DNA of 64,000 nt from Candidatus Levyibacteriota bacterium (lineage in GTDB: Bacteria; Patescibacteriota; Microgenomatia; Levybacterales; UBA12049): the NCBI GenBank assembly GCA_963790825.1, contig CAWBPM010000003.1, positions 56,353 through 120,352 of the forward strand, in the 5' to 3' direction. The position numbers were made by a program, and so were the translations under genes. The notes beneath the pieces were generated by a model, which worked only from the letters and a program-made list of their open reading frames with translations, was not told the origin of the DNA and did not search any database. Shown here piece by piece: positions 47,472 to 58,172 of this stretch (the first letter of the stretch is position 1; each line of letters opens with the position of its first letter).

Positions 47472-47939
47472 TTATATTTCTTCTATTTCTATTTTTACAA
47501 TGTTATACTTAATTTTCCCTGCCGGGGCTATGGTTTCAATCTGATCGCCCACTTTTTTTCCTACTAATTCACTTCCTAATGGAGAAATATATGATATTTT
47601 TCCCTTTGCCGGATTTGCCTCGAAGTTTCCGACAATGGTATATTTATATGTTCTATCTTCATTTTGCAGCGTAATAAGACAACCAATACTTACAGTCTTA
47701 TTATTCATCGGTACAATAACAACTCCGTAAGAAAGAAGCATTTTTAATCTCCGCAGGTTACTGTCAATTCCCGACAATTTCCAACGTGCGGCTTTATAAT
47801 AACCGTTTTCGCTCAGGTCCCCCATTTCGCGGGCTTTTTTCAAATCTAAAACTGCCGCCGGACGATTTTTATGAAGCGTTTCATATTCGTCTTTAACAGC
47901 ATTGTAGCCCAAAGGTGTAAATGGGATTCTTTTTGTCAT
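47472..47939 (-). CDS. greA: Transcription elongation factor GreA
   Basis: Carries GDLSENGYYKAARWKLSGIDSNLRRL and a C-terminal FKBP-like ISYISPLGSELVGKKVGD block. The ATG at 47939 (MTKRIPF) is preferred over the track start, which overlaps lon. Confidence 0.8.
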   Translation of the reverse strand: MTKRIPFTPLGYNAVKDEYETLHKNRPAAVLDLKKAREMGDLSENGYYKAARWKLSGIDSNLRRLKMLLSYGVVIVPMNNKTVSIGCLITLQNEDRTYKYTIVGNFEANPAKGKISYISPLGSELVGKKVGDQIETIAPAGKIKYNIVKIEIEEI

Positions 47940-47943
47940 GTGA

Positions 47944-50331
47944 TTAGTCCGCTTTATATGGCTGGGGTGCGTGAACCATGGGACGTACGTGTGGCGTTCC
48001 TTCTTTTTCACTTCTCTTATGCATTCTCTTTGCTAATGGTTTGGCGAGTGCAATTTGCAAAACTTCATCCATATGCGATACCGGTTTGAAAGTTAAATCA
48101 CGTTTTACTTCAGACGGAATATCTTCCAAATCTTTCTCGTTGTCTTTGGGAATAATTATAGTTTTTAGTCCCGCCCGATGCGCAGCGATAACTTTTTCCT
48201 TGAGTCCCCCGATTTCCAAAACCCGTCCGCGAAGCGTTACCTCCCCGGTCATACCGACTTTTCGCTTCACCGGAATTTTTGTCAGAGCCGAAACAATCGC
48301 AGTCGTAATCGCTATACCTGCCGAGGGACCGTCTTTCGGTACAGCACCTTCCGGTACATGTACATGCACATCATATTTAGCATAGAATTTATCCGGCAAA
48401 CCCAGTTCTTCCCCACGGGTTCTGATGTAAGACATGGCAGCCTGCGCCGACTCTTTCATCACATCTCCCAGTTGTCCGGTAAGCATCAGATTGCCTTTTC
48501 CCGGCATCAGCGCTACTTCGATAAACAGAATTTCTCCTCCTGCTTCGGTCCAGGCAAGACCGGTTGACATGCCGATTTCATTTTTCTTCTCGATATTTGT
48601 GGCACTAAATTTGATTGTGCCCAAGTATTTAGGAATATCTACTCCTTTAATGACAATCTTTTTCTTGTGGCCTTCTGCAACACGCTTTGCTACTTTTCTA
48701 AACACGGCTGCAATTTTTCTCTCCAAGCCCCTCACGCCTGCTTCACGGGTATAATGCTGAATAATAAACTGGATCGCTTCGTCGGTTAATTGTACTCTCC
48801 TGGTGTTCAGTCCGTTCGCCTCAAGCTGTTTTTCTAAAAGAAAATTCTTGGCAATTTTAAATTTCTCATCATGTGTATAGCCTGCAAATTGGATAATTTC
48901 AAGTCTGTCCCTAAGCGCCGGCGGAATAGTATCAAGCACATTAGCAGTCGTCACAAACATCACATCAGACAGATCAAACGGCACCTCTAAGTAGTGATCC
49001 GAAAATTGCGAATTTTGTTCCGGATCCAATGCCTCGAGAAGCGCACTGGACGGATCACCTCTAAAGTCTGCGCCTACTTTATCAATCTCATCAAGCATAA
49101 AGACCGGATTTTTCGTACCCGCATCTTTAATGCCTTGAATTATCCGTCCCGGTAATGCACCGACATAGGTTCTCCTGTGTCCTCTGATTTCCGCTTCATC
49201 CCGTATGCCACCGAGTGAAACCCGAGCGAATTTACGGTTAAGCGCACGGGCTATAGACTTACCGATTGAAGTTTTCCCAACGCCCGGAGGACCGACGAAA
49301 CAAAGAATAGGTCCTCTGATTTTCCCTGCCAGTTTATGTACAGCCAAGTATTCCGTAATTCGCTCTTTGGCTTTATTTAGGCCATAATGATCCTGGTCAA
49401 GAATTTTTTCAGCTGCTTTAATATCGGAATCGCTTTTACTTTCAATACTCCAAGGAACGCTGACCAGCCAATCAATGTAATTTCTGATATAACCTGCTTC
49501 GGGATTAAATTGATTCATGCCTTCCAATTTCTTTAATTCTTTTATCGTTTTCTCTTCTACTTCCTCAGGCATTTTTGCTTCTTTGATCTTCATTCTAAGG
49601 TCGTTATATTCACTTTTTTCGTCTTCTCCCAATTCTTTCTCAATGGTTTTTAACCGCTCTCTCAACATTGCTTCTCTGGCACCTTTTTCAAAACGCTCCT
49701 GTGTTTTGGAAGCAATTCTTCTTTCAAGTTCCAATACTTTAATCTCTTTTGCCAGAAGATCTGTGAGTTTTCGCAGACGTTCTTTTACATTTACCATCTC
49801 CAGAAGTTCCTGCCTCTCCTGTGGTTTAAGATCAAGTGCACTAGCGATCAAATCTGAAAGTTCCGAAGGGGAATTTTCGGACATAATATTCATAAAGACT
49901 AAAAAGTCGGCGGACTTGCCGAAATTCATAGCTCTGCGGAATTCATTCGTCAAATGATTACAAAGCGCTTCGATCTCCGGACTATTTTCAATAACATCCG
50001 GTACTTCCGTAACCTTCGCTACCAGGAAGGAATCATGTTTTTCAAAGCCCAAAATCTTTACCCGGGAAACACCCCGAACTTGCGCGTTAATTTCGCCGTC
50101 AGTCCGAATCATCCGCTCTATACGGGAAAGTGTCCCAACAGAATAGAGATCCATAGTGGTAGGATCATTCAATCTGGCGTTTTTCTGCAGAACGAAACAA
50201 ACAATCCTTTCATGTTGAAATGATGATTCAAGGGCTGCAAGACTTTTCGGCCTGCCAAAAGTAAGAACCGAGTCTGTATTTGGGAAAATAATGCCGTCTC
50301 GAATTGGAATAACTGGTACAATTTTATCCAT
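47944..50331 (-). CDS. lon: ATP-dependent protease Lon (LonA)
   Basis: Has an N-terminal LON domain, Walker [10 protein letters not shown], and the Ser-Lys dyad region [18 protein letters not shown]. The ORF is 795 aa. Confidence 0.9.
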   Translation of the reverse strand: MDKIVPVIPIRDGIIFPNTDSVLTFGRPKSLAALESSFQHERIVCFVLQKNARLNDPTTMDLYSVGTLSRIERMIRTDGEINAQVRGVSRVKILGFEKHDSFLVAKVTEVPDVIENSPEIEALCNHLTNEFRRAMNFGKSADFLVFMNIMSENSPSELSDLIASALDLKPQERQELLEMVNVKERLRKLTDLLAKEIKVLELERRIASKTQERFEKGAREAMLRERLKTIEKELGEDEKSEYNDLRMKIKEAKMPEEVEEKTIKELKKLEGMNQFNPEAGYIRNYIDWLVSVPWSIESKSDSDIKAAEKILDQDHYGLNKAKERITEYLAVHKLAGKIRGPILCFVGPPGVGKTSIGKSIARALNRKFARVSLGGIRDEAEIRGHRRTYVGALPGRIIQGIKDAGTKNPVFMLDEIDKVGADFRGDPSSALLEALDPEQNSQFSDHYLEVPFDLSDVMFVTTANVLDTIPPALRDRLEIIQFAGYTHDEKFKIAKNFLLEKQLEANGLNTRRVQLTDEAIQFIIQHYTREAGVRGLERKIAAVFRKVAKRVAEGHKKKIVIKGVDIPKYLGTIKFSATNIEKKNEIGMSTGLAWTEAGGEILFIEVALMPGKGNLMLTGQLGDVMKESAQAAMSYIRTRGEELGLPDKFYAKYDVHVHVPEGAVPKDGPSAGIAITTAIVSALTKIPVKRKVGMTGEVTLRGRVLEIGGLKEKVIAAHRAGLKTIIIPKDNEKDLEDIPSEVKRDLTFKPVSHMDEVLQIALAKPLAKRMHKRSEKEGTPHVRPMVHAPQPYKAD

Positions 50332-50454
50332 AGAAACTTAGGGTTTTGAATTCGTATTAGCAATATACTCTAACAATTGCTAAATGTCAAGAGTCATTTT
50401 TTCTTAATATTTTTTAAAGATAATATGTAAACACATACATATATAATAAGTATA

Positions 50455-52266
50455 CTACTCTCCGCTTTGTACAGATAACTCTCTCAGGAAGAGGTTGTAG
50501 TCAGAGGCATTGACTGATCCGTCATCGTTAAGGTCACTCTCTTTTCCGTTAGTTCCGGGACAACTGGTAGGAGGAGTAAAGTCTGAGTAGCAACCAAGGA
50601 GTATATTGTAGTCCAGGATATTAAGTGTATTGTCGTTATTGATGTCTCCTACGATAAGAGAAACAGGGGGAATGGTTGTAGTTTGTCCTTGAGTAAGTGT
50701 AATAATACCGGGGAGTTGTTTTACCAGGTACTTATCAGTCTTTACCTTTACTAAGTAGGAGCCGGTTGGAACAGTACTTCCCAGACTGACACTTCCTGAG
50801 AATCCCCCGCTGGAGGGAGAATAGGTAATGGTTCCTGAAAGAGTAGTAACAAGAACGTTACTTGCGTTTACTACCTGTACGGTTAGTGTACGATTGGGAG
50901 TCAGAGGACTTGTATTCCCCGAAGTTCCCGGGGCAACCGAGTCTCCGGCTGAGCCTATTCCGTGCAGAAGAATACTCGGGAAGGAGAGAGTGGTAGTACC
51001 CGGTAGCGGAGTAGGAGTCGGAGTTGCACTGGGCATTACAGATGGAGTAGGACTACTGGTTGGTTTAGGAGTTGGGGTGGGAGTGTAAGTCGGGGTTGGT
51101 ATTGCACTAGGTTTTGTTGAAGGGGTAGGCGTCGGAAGAGTGGTTGGAGTAGGCTTTACACTGGGAGTCGGGGTAATTGTACTACTGCCTAATTCAAATG
51201 CATAGTAATTTGCAAGGTCGGTAGCAGCGGGGCGAAGAGACCAGTTGCCGGTACTGCCGGTAAAAATATGGGTATAACCACCTGAATTTGCTGTGCCGGC
51301 TCCTACCCAGTAATTTAAGCCTTCAATATAACTAAGAGATTCAAAAGCGTTTAGTTCTGCTTTAAGGACTTGCTCTTGAGTAGTGTCACTAACATTAATT
51401 GCATTACTATAGCCCATTTCAGCAATGATAATCGGTATACCCGGATGTGTGTTCTCTATTGTTGAGAGTACCGAAAGCCAATCGTTGGCAGCAGTAGTTG
51501 GATCTGTGGTATTCTGATCAGGATAACTGTCAACAGTCATGACTCCAAATTGACTGATAGTTGAATTGTATAGCGCAGTAGGATTTTCGTAATACCACTC
51601 GCTCATTGATCTCACATTAGTATTTACTCCTGTGATACCCAGTTGTGCAAGTGCGCTGTTGGCTGTTGTTGTTACTCCTAAAACAAACTGATTATATGCA
51701 TCTGTTCCTGCATTTGGTGCATTCTGCCAACTCCAATTAGCCCCATAAGTATTTACCCAGTAAGGACTATTTTCCGGTTCAGGGTTCATATCCAGAATAT
51801 CTCCTGACTGAAAAAAAGTTGGATGGGCAAGAATAAAAGCACTTTCCGCACTTAAATATTGGGAAGGAGTCATAGTTGCTGTTACTCCATAGTTCCCTTC
51901 CCAGGCATTGGGGTGGATACGGAACCAGACGTGTTTGCCAGCTGCACGGACAGCGCTGATCCATTCTTGCATATACGTTGGATAATCCCAATGGACATCG
52001 ACGGTAATATGGGTTGTTTTGAGTGTTGCCGCAAGGTTTACATCATCAGCAATTTGAGTGGGAGTTAGCTGATTGGTATCCGTATCCATGCTTTCTTTCA
52101 TGGTATCAACCGAGGCGTAAAGGAAATGCGCATTTACCGCTGCGTACTGGTTTACTCGTTGTTGTTTTTGTGCATACCAGACAGTAACGACTGTCGCTGC
52201 AAGAAGGAGAAAAACAATCAGTACACTAAAAAGATGAGTCTTTTTTTTCATCCAACTTTTTCTCAT
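50455..52266 (-). CDS. Secreted GH26-like (clan GH-A) glycoside hydrolase with PT-linker, beta-sandwich domain and C-terminal type I dockerin
   Basis: Has a signal anchor, then VWFRIHPNAWEGNY...NPEPEN...IIAEMGYS (GH-A acid/base and nucleophile-like blocks). A TPTPSVKPTPTT... linker follows. The C-terminus carries two Ca-binding dockerin repeats, GDINNDNTLNILDYNILLG and DLNDDGSVNASDYNLFL. Confidence 0.6.
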   Translation of the reverse strand: MRKSWMKKKTHLFSVLIVFLLLAATVVTVWYAQKQQRVNQYAAVNAHFLYASVDTMKESMDTDTNQLTPTQIADDVNLAATLKTTHITVDVHWDYPTYMQEWISAVRAAGKHVWFRIHPNAWEGNYGVTATMTPSQYLSAESAFILAHPTFFQSGDILDMNPEPENSPYWVNTYGANWSWQNAPNAGTDAYNQFVLGVTTTANSALAQLGITGVNTNVRSMSEWYYENPTALYNSTISQFGVMTVDSYPDQNTTDPTTAANDWLSVLSTIENTHPGIPIIIAEMGYSNAINVSDTTQEQVLKAELNAFESLSYIEGLNYWVGAGTANSGGYTHIFTGSTGNWSLRPAATDLANYYAFELGSSTITPTPSVKPTPTTLPTPTPSTKPSAIPTPTYTPTPTPKPTSSPTPSVMPSATPTPTPLPGTTTLSFPSILLHGIGSAGDSVAPGTSGNTSPLTPNRTLTVQVVNASNVLVTTLSGTITYSPSSGGFSGSVSLGSTVPTGSYLVKVKTDKYLVKQLPGIITLTQGQTTTIPPVSLIVGDINNDNTLNILDYNILLGCYSDFTPPTSCPGTNGKESDLNDDGSVNASDYNLFLRELSVQSGE

Positions 52267-52426
52267 TAATAACCAGTTTACTATTCTCAGTACAGGTGGT
52301 CAAGATAAGACTGGCAATATTTTTTGAATAAGTAACTATATAACCAAATAAATTGGTAAAGTTTTAGAGTCAATTTTTCAGACAAACCACGGGGGATCTA
52401 ATAAATATGTTTTCAATTTGAGGTAT

Positions 52427-52591
52427 CTAATTTATTCTACTACTGGCTTCTATATATTTTCTACTGCTGCCTGCATAGAGAGCCTGCAGTTTAACCATCC
52501 GTATAAGCATTTCGCGAATAGTTATAATTTCTTCTTCTCGCCCTGTCAAACTATCACCAATTATCTGCATGGTAATCTTTTTATCGGTCAC
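52427..52591 (-). CDS. Small ORF (54 aa) with strong SD; hypothetical
   Basis: GGAAGGAGGTAAT precedes a GTG start. The product MTDKKITMQIIGDSLTGREEEIITIREMLIRMVKLQALYAGSSRKYIEASSRIN is helical-looking and lies next to a response regulator. It falls below the ORF-track size cutoff. Confidence 0.25.
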   Translation of the reverse strand: MTDKKITMQIIGDSLTGREEEIITIREMLIRMVKLQALYAGSSRKYIEASSRIN

Positions 52592-52817
52592 ATTACCTCC
52601 TTCCTCAAGAAAAATATCAGATTCTGCTGAAAGATACCTTAATATAGATAGTTATTTAAAAAAGCTTGTATCATCAATACATTTTTTTACAAAATACGCA
52701 AGTAATACAAACTCCAAAAGTTGCATATCGCCGTATGGTAAAGATTTAAGTTATGAAAACGACTAAAAACATGTAAGGATTTAGCAATAAAGCGAAAGTG
52801 GATGTAAAATAAAAATT

Positions 52818-53177
52818 TTATTTTAAGTGCTTTTGAACAGTAGAAAGTAAATCATCAATATTAAATGGTTTCTGAATAAAACCATTCGCCCCAACTTCTT
52901 TGGCTATTTTTTCGGTTTCATTATTGGCAGATATCATAATAACCGGAGTATGTCGGGTTTTTTCGTCATTTTTTAGTTTTTTTGCAATTTCTCCTCCGTC
53001 ATGCCCAGCCATCCAAATATCCAAAAGCACAACATGCGGTTGCTCTTTATGAACCGTTTTGATTACCTGTTCGCCATGTTCAATTGCGATAACCTCATAT
53101 CCACCGTCTTGTAAAATAATCTTTACAACTTCCAGAATAGCTTTGTCATCCTCGGCAACCAGTATCTTTTTTTTCAT
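52818..53177 (-). CDS. Single-domain response regulator (CheY-like receiver)
   Basis: Carries ILVAEDD...VVLLDIWMAGHDG...K(109), the conserved Asp pocket and Lys. Confidence 0.8.
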   Translation of the reverse strand: MKKKILVAEDDKAILEVVKIILQDGGYEVIAIEHGEQVIKTVHKEQPHVVLLDIWMAGHDGGEIAKKLKNDEKTRHTPVIMISANNETEKIAKEVGANGFIQKPFNIDDLLSTVQKHLK

Positions 53178-53492
53178 AGGTATTTGTATAGATAATTAAT
53201 AATATCTATAGCATAGCATGGTTTGTATATTTTATAAAAATTTTTCAGATAATAAATACTTTGAAAGAAGATTGGACCGGGGAAAAGATAAAGAGGCTGT
53301 AAGTATTGAAAAAATAATACCGACTGTATTCCTTACCTAAAGTACCGCTAGCTCTGGAGTAAAGAGAGGCAGGTAATAGTTTTAACTTTTTTTCTTATCA
53401 AATTACGAACGAACGTATGCATAGGCAGGTTTTTTCCTTCCCAATGCAATCAGTATTCGTCTAATAAGCTCTTTCAGTGTGTTTCACCTCCT

Positions 53493-54554
53493 TTAGTCCC
53501 AATATTTCCATGTATTATATTTTGCCAGTAGTTGATTTTCTGTGACATTTACAGGATTAAGACCCATTGTCTGTTGATATCCTAGGTCCAAAAGTTCGGA
53601 AGCCCACAGATCACGCTTAATAATATCAGGTGCGCCCAAAACCACAACCAGAATCTTTTTTCCTCCCCGTTCAGAGAGAACGACAGTTGTCATCCCCGCT
53701 TTATCGGTGTCACCAATTTTAAGACCAATGATATTCGGATATACATCTAAAAGTCCGTTCCAGTTATATAAATCGAACTGCTTATGTTCACTGTTTGCCG
53801 GCAAAAATTCGTAATCTTTTTTTACCGCACCTGCAATAAGCGGATAGTTTGTGATCGCATAATGAGCAAGGATTGCTAAATCCTCAGCGCTGCTATAGTG
53901 ATTCGGGTCATCAAATCCTTGAGGGTTTTCAAAATGTGAATTTTTAAGGCCTAAAAAAATCGCTTTCGCATTCATTGCATGGATAAATATACCGGGTCCA
54001 TACTTTTGATCTATTCCTTCCCGGACTACTTCAGCTGCATCATTTGCCGATGCCAGAAGCATTGCCGGAAGTAGTTCCCCAAGTGTCATTTTATTTCCTT
54101 GTTTTACGCCGATTACTGTCGGGATTTCAGAAGCCGCAGTCTTAGAGACGATAAACGTATCGCTTGGGAGAGCCAGGTCCAAAGCAACAATAGCTGTCAT
54201 TATTTTTGTTAGTGAGGCAATCGGAAGCGGCTTAGTTAAGTTTTTTGAGGCTAAAATCTGTCCGCTATCAAAATCCATCAGCGCAAAACTGGCTGCCTGC
54301 TCGAAGTTTGACGCTGCGTAGGTGGTTTGGACTATTCCCGATTCTTGTTTTATCATAAAATTATTTTCTCTTTCTTCCAGTTTCGGCAAAACATTATCGA
54401 AAATATTTGGTTTTTGAGGAATCGGCCAGATAATCTTTGGCGCGCGTACTCCAAGATATTGCAAACTAACGATAGCAAATACTGCAATAAGCGATCCAAG
54501 AAATACGCGCAGTTGCATCGGTGTAATTCGAAATTGATTTAATAATTCTCCCAT
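53493..54554 (-). CDS. D-alanyl-D-alanine carboxypeptidase (peptidase S11, PBP5-like)
   Basis: Carries the IASLTKIMT SxxK motif, a SAN-like motif and a KTG-like region. It has an N-terminal TM anchor. Confidence 0.75.
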   Translation of the reverse strand: MGELLNQFRITPMQLRVFLGSLIAVFAIVSLQYLGVRAPKIIWPIPQKPNIFDNVLPKLEERENNFMIKQESGIVQTTYAASNFEQAASFALMDFDSGQILASKNLTKPLPIASLTKIMTAIVALDLALPSDTFIVSKTAASEIPTVIGVKQGNKMTLGELLPAMLLASANDAAEVVREGIDQKYGPGIFIHAMNAKAIFLGLKNSHFENPQGFDDPNHYSSAEDLAILAHYAITNYPLIAGAVKKDYEFLPANSEHKQFDLYNWNGLLDVYPNIIGLKIGDTDKAGMTTVVLSERGGKKILVVVLGAPDIIKRDLWASELLDLGYQQTMGLNPVNVTENQLLAKYNTWKYWD

Positions 54555-55068
54555 ATTAATTTATCTTACATAGGATAGTAAAATGCGATCGGGTTTTTGG
54601 GGAAAATTTAGAAAATAGTTTTGGGTCAAGAAAGGAAAAAGAAGATTATTTATAACTAAATTTAGATTTGATATTGGTAGAATTTTTTTTAAATTCCGGC
54701 AGTTTAAAGCCATGCTGGAATTATAACATGACTTATAAGTATGTCAAGTACCCTGTAAGAATTCAAGCAATAGGTTGTAAGAGAAACGCAAGAAACGCTT
54801 GAGACGTTGATGCAAACTACTGCTGAGATTATATCTTATAATGATAGGATAAACAAGATAATTCAACAATGAAAAGTTAGGTTATTGATAAACAAATTTA
54901 TCTATTGTAAGAATATTTATATAGGATGTAAACGACTTCTCAATTATTCAGGCTCTACAAGAAGAATTTATAAGTTACGAAACATATTAGACAATTCGTA
55001 ACTATGGATCATTACGCAAAAGCATATCCAATCTTTAGTAGAATCAAAGGCATTGAGGAGGTGAAAAC

Positions 55069-56092
55069 AATGCTGAGGAGTCTAAAAAGATTCTCTAAAG
55101 ATGAAGTAGCTAAAGAGAGACTAAAGATAATAGAGTTTTATGATGAGTATGGAGAGAAAACTACTAAGAAAGCATTTGGTGTTGGAAGAAACACTATCTT
55201 TGTATGGAAGAAACGATTACGGATGAGTAGGAATTCCATTTCTTCACTTATTCCCACTCCAACAACTCCGAAAACAAAAAGAGTCATGGAAACCCATCCT
55301 AAAGTAGTTGCATATATCAAGCTCTTAAGAGAAGAGCATGTGAGACTGGGGAAAGAGAAAATTAAACCATTGCTCGATGAGTACTGTCTAAAGGAAGACC
55401 TGCCTATTATTCAGGAATCAACCATTGGGAAAGTCATCAAGCGTAACAATTACTTTTTTCAAAAGAGTGGCAAGATCTATCATAATCCCTCCCATAAGTT
55501 TGCCCAGGCCAAACGAAAGAAGCGAGACAGGATTAAAAGACCACCCAGACCGGAAAGCTTTGGCTATATGGAAATGGATACAGTGATTAAATTTGTTGAT
55601 GGAGTAAGAGTATTCTTTTTAACAGCAATTGATGTGAAGTTAAGGTTTGCATTTAGCCTGCCTTATACAAAACTGACGAGCGGTGTAACTGTAGACTTCT
55701 TCAAGAAACTGCAGTTTGTTTATCCCATTCAAATTACCACCATACAAACAGACAATGGACTGGAGTTTCTGGGGGATTTTGAAGCATACTTGAAACAACA
55801 ACATATCCATCAGGTATTTATCTATCCAAGATGCTGCAAGATCAATGGAACTATTGAGCGATTCAACAGAACAATTCAGGAAGAATTCATTGATGAAAAT
55901 CTTCATTTATTCCATGACCCGAAACTCTTCTCTTCAAAACTCATTGAATATCTGCTATTCTACAATACAAAGCGGGTACATAAATCCTTGGGACTTAAAA
56001 CTCCACTGGGATATCTGCAACAACAAGGAGGTATGTCTAATAACTCCGTAACCTCTACACTACATTGTAATTGTACTATTATATTGTTATAA
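55069..56092 (+). CDS. IS481-like transposase (integrase core rve domain with N-terminal HTH)
   Basis: The DDE triad context is MDTVIKF...IQTDNGLEF...INGTIERFNRT. The strong SD GAGGAGGTGA at 55052-55061 favours the ATG at 55069 over the track start at 55004. Confidence 0.65.
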
Positions 56093-56099
56093 TCCCTCT

Positions 56100-56771
56100 A
56101 TGGTATATACCGTTTTAGTTGTTGAAGATGACAAAGGACTGCAAAAATACCTCAAAGAATTACTACTAGATAACGGCTATGCAGTTCATACGGCCGGGGA
56201 TGGAATTCAAGCTTTGGAATATCTTAAAAAAACTGAGCCGGACGTCGTTATTTTGGACCTCGGTTTGCCGAATATGTCAGGTGAAGCAGTTGTTTCAGAA
56301 CTTCGGAAAAAATATTCTGCTCTTCCGGTAATTATTCTGACAGCTAAAGATTCTATTCAAGATATCGTTCAGGGCCTTAATCTAGGCGCGGATGATTATA
56401 TGACTAAACCATTTGTCGCCGATGAATTTCTCGCCCGGGTAAAAGCAAGGCTTCGTAAACAAGGAAGCAGTGATGCCAAACTCGTTGTTTCGGATTTGGA
56501 ACTGGATAATAAAACAATGGAAGTAAAACGACAGGGAACACTGATTCAGCTGACTCCCCAGGAGTTTAAATTATTACAGTATCTAATGAGTAATAAAGGC
56601 AGAATTTTAACCCGTGAGATGATTCTTAACCGGATCTGGCTATACTCTTCAGAAGTAGAAACCAGAGTAGTTGATGTATATATGGGATATCTCCGTAAAA
56701 AAATTGATAGTAATTATCCCAAGAAGCTTCTTCATTCCGTCCGCGGTTTCGGCTACGTTATTAAAGAATAG
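56100..56771 (+). CDS. OmpR/PhoB-family response regulator
   Basis: Has receiver domain motifs VLVVEDD and VVILDLGLP plus a C-terminal winged-helix region, LTPQEFKLLQYLMSNKGRILTREMI. Confidence 0.85.
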   Translation: MVYTVLVVEDDKGLQKYLKELLLDNGYAVHTAGDGIQALEYLKKTEPDVVILDLGLPNMSGEAVVSELRKKYSALPVIILTAKDSIQDIVQGLNLGADDYMTKPFVADEFLARVKARLRKQGSSDAKLVVSDLELDNKTMEVKRQGTLIQLTPQEFKLLQYLMSNKGRILTREMILNRIWLYSSEVETRVVDVYMGYLRKKIDSNYPKKLLHSVRGFGYVIKE

Positions 56772-56785
56772 GAATTTATAACTCT

Positions 56786-57526
56786 TTATTTTATTTTTAT
56801 TTTCGGAAGCTTTATTTCTATTACCATTTCTTTTCCAGGGTCCGTTATAACCTTCAGGCCTCCCTTATGCTCCCTCGCGACATAGTCTGCTAAAAATATA
56901 CCTAAAGGAATGCCATCAGTATAATTTTCCTCTCCTTTTAATAACTTGCTTAACTTTTCTTTTGTTTTTTTCCATGTTAGCTCTTCTACATTAGACGACA
57001 GAGCAATTCGATAATATGATACTTCTAATTCTAGGCTTAAACGTAAGGGTGCGTTCACTAAGGAAATTTTTTCCAGAAATTCAAGACAATCGTATAAAAG
57101 ATTAATTAATTTTTCACTATCTCCGATTACCGGTAAATTTGTTTCTTTCGTTTTTTTTATAATTATTTTTCGTTCCGGGTAGGTAGCCTGAAAAAGGTCG
57201 GCTGCTTTCTCGGTTATTCCTATTAGATTACATTCCTGTAAGTCGTATATTATTCTTCCTGATTTTATTCTATTTAGCAAAAGCATCTGGTTGACGAGAC
57301 GCATAAGTTTGCTATTTGCTTTGGCTATCTCCATCGTCCAATCTGCTTCCGGTATCTTTTTATTACCTAATTTTCTTTTTGTTAATTGAATATATCCCTG
57401 CATGATCGTTAGAGGATTACGAAGTTCATGGCCGACAAATGAAATAAACTCCTGCTGCGTCGTAATTATTTTCTCAAGATCATCTGTTCGCAATTTCTTT
57501 TTTAGACTTGGCATTTGCCCCATCAT
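56786..57526 (-). CDS. Cytoplasmic sensor histidine kinase (HisKA plus HATPase_c; no TM segment)
   Basis: The H-box reads FVGHELRNPLT. A G-box-like DGIPLG is also present. It is convergent with the OmpR-type RR. Confidence 0.7.
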   Translation of the reverse strand: MMGQMPSLKKKLRTDDLEKIITTQQEFISFVGHELRNPLTIMQGYIQLTKRKLGNKKIPEADWTMEIAKANSKLMRLVNQMLLLNRIKSGRIIYDLQECNLIGITEKAADLFQATYPERKIIIKKTKETNLPVIGDSEKLINLLYDCLEFLEKISLVNAPLRLSLELEVSYYRIALSSNVEELTWKKTKEKLSKLLKGEENYTDGIPLGIFLADYVAREHKGGLKVITDPGKEMVIEIKLPKIKIK

Positions 57527-57764
57527 ACCAGGTTATTTTGCTATTGCAAGTAATCGCATCCTATAAAACATTGCAGCGCTTGCCGTCTCAGATAAACTAT
57601 ATCTCTGGCTACGAAGAAACCGGAAGGACAGGCTACCGCCTTAACTTAATTTTTCCCGCTTATCAATGAGACATCCCGGTTATAATTTTTTGATGTTTTT
57701 TACTTCCTGTTTCATATCTTTAAGCTCGATTCGACCCGATCATTTATTTCTTATTGACAGGGTA

Positions 57765-58016
57765 TTATGCCTTCCGAAGCGCGCTGCCCACAAAGAGCAA
57801 GAAAAGGGAGCCTGCTACTGCAATTACAAAAGCTGTTAAGTTAAACCCGGTAACGGTAACACCAAAAAGAAGATTTGCTAAAAATCCTCCGATCATCGCC
57901 CCAATGATTCCCAAAAGTATTACTCCAAGAAGTCCTCCCTTATTCTGATCAGGATCAATTGCGTTCGCTGCAATTCCTACAATAAGTCCGAATAGGATCC
58001 ATGAGAGAATATTCAT
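57765..58016 (-). CDS. GlsB/YeaQ/YmgE-family transglycosylase-associated stress membrane protein
   Basis: MNILSWILFGLIVGIAANAIDPDQNKGGLLGVILLGIIGAMIGGFL matches the family. The ATG at 58016 is preceded by SD AAGGGGGTGA. The track GTG start at 58025 lies inside the SD. Confidence 0.65.
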   Translation of the reverse strand: MNILSWILFGLIVGIAANAIDPDQNKGGLLGVILLGIIGAMIGGFLANLLFGVTVTGFNLTAFVIAVAGSLFLLFVGSALRKA

Positions 58017-58125
58017 TATGCTCACCCCCTTTCACCATTAAAAATATAATGACGCTTCAGCTTATGAAATTAACAAAAATAATGTAAGGAATAAGAAAGA
58101 AAAATGGTTTTGCCCTCATTTTTAG

Positions 58126-58154
58126 TTGAAAAGTGAATAAATCGTTAGTATACT
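58126..58154 (+). promoter_or_regulatory. Near-consensus sigma70 promoter for the CheY-like gene
   Basis: TTGAAA (58126-58131), then a 17-nt spacer, then TATACT (58149-58154), lying 18 nt upstream of the ATG at 58173. Confidence 0.5.
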
Positions 58155-58172
58155 AAGCAATATCTCTAAATT

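Noticed and set aside
47978-50223. Several plus-strand ORFs antisense to lon (47978-48385, 48178-48567, 48434-48754, 49517-49957, 49954-50223)
   Set aside because: Lon on the minus strand is unambiguous (Walker A, protease dyad). The antisense ORFs are typical high-GC-strand artefacts rich in Ser/Arg/Pro.
53478-53495. Strong SD-like AAAGGAGGTGA immediately after the DacA stop codon, suggesting a downstream small gene
   Set aside because: No start codon follows within 15 nt, and the only ORFs after it are 8-14 codons. The sequence derives partly from the DacA C-terminal codons.
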